Assembly (NCBI GenBank): GCA_963693365.1
Contig: CAVNZM010000004.1
Coordinates: 4,333,447 to 4,397,446, forward strand
Length of the DNA: 64,000 nt
Origin: Amoebidium appalachense
Taxonomy: Eukaryota > Protista > Ichthyosporea
Direction of reading: 5' to 3'
Each line of letters starts with the position of its first letter. Within the stretch, counting starts at the first letter, position 1. The notes beneath the pieces were generated by a model. That model made no database searches, had not been told where the DNA came from, and worked only from the letters and a program-made list of their open reading frames with translations. Of this stretch, positions 63,393 to 64,000 are shown one piece after another. A program made the translations under genes and the position numbers.

Positions 63393-63545
63393 AATGGCTT
63401 GGGCCCCCTCTGAGAATGGGCTCTGCTTCTTTTTCATACTGTGCGTGTTGCTGATGTTGCATACTCGAGTGTTTGCTTTTGCCTGTGTCTTGCTCCGTGT
63501 TCCTCATCGTGTACTTGTACATCATACCGCGTTCCGCATTCTAAC
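63393..63545 (+). repeat. Dispersed SINE-like repeat family A, copy
   Basis: ATGGCTTGGGCCCCCTCTGAGAATGGGCTCTGCTT...CATACTGTGCG...TTCCGCATTCTAA followed by poly(C). Confidence 0.8.
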
Positions 63546-64000
63546 CCCCCCCTCCACCCCCCCCCCCCCCCCCCCCCCCCCCCCTCGCTCTCTCTCTCTG
63601 GAGTGCACTTTATGACCGCCAGACCCCTTTTGCATTCGTTAAGTGTGTTTTGTGAGTCATATATGTATATATAAATATATATGCGTCCACTATTTGGTTG
63701 AATATTACTGCTTTTAGAGTTTCCTTGAGTGCTGTAAATATGTTTAGACTCGTATGTACATGTATATGTATACAGAAGTGCTTTATTGTTTGAAACCGGA
63801 ACGGTGTAGTTGTGTCTTCCCAACACAAGGCTTGACATGCCACCAAAAAGTGCCAGGCTGATTTATTAGATTTTGTGCATGACTACTTGAAATTTTGGTT
63901 TGCATTTCAGTGGTTCTGTGTATGTTAACAGCGACTGCACGATGGGCGAAGTGTATATATAGGCTTGGATTTTAACCACGGTGGCATAGTCAACGTCATG

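Overview
Intron-rich eukaryotic DNA, probably from an opisthokont-like protist (inferred from gene content only). It is saturated with poly(C)/poly(G) tracts and (CA)n/(GA)n microsatellites, so nearly all ORFs in the track are repeat artefacts. Manual splicing gives these genes in order: a degenerate PP2C exon; an ~18-exon dipeptidyl peptidase III (DPP3) gene lacking the whole block that carries the catalytic HELLGH motif; a 5-exon membrane-anchored protein with alpha/alpha-toroid-like motifs; an intronless Phactr/Bni4-type PP1 regulator; a long hypothetical multi-exon gene; an intronless secreted FAS1 plus ricin-like protein (frameshifted); a KCTD-type BTB plus beta-propeller gene (frameshifted); a secreted Cys-rich protein built by tandem intron+exon duplication; and a 6-exon non-RD Ser/Thr kinase. 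Mobile DNA includes a 5'-degenerate non-LTR retrotransposon and an older relic of it, three foldback/inverted-repeat elements, a Tourist-like MITE family and a dispersed SINE-like repeat that usually ends in poly(C). Many frameshifts are single-base deletions and may be sequencing errors. I found no clearly demonstrable new biological system; the best leads are in the findings.
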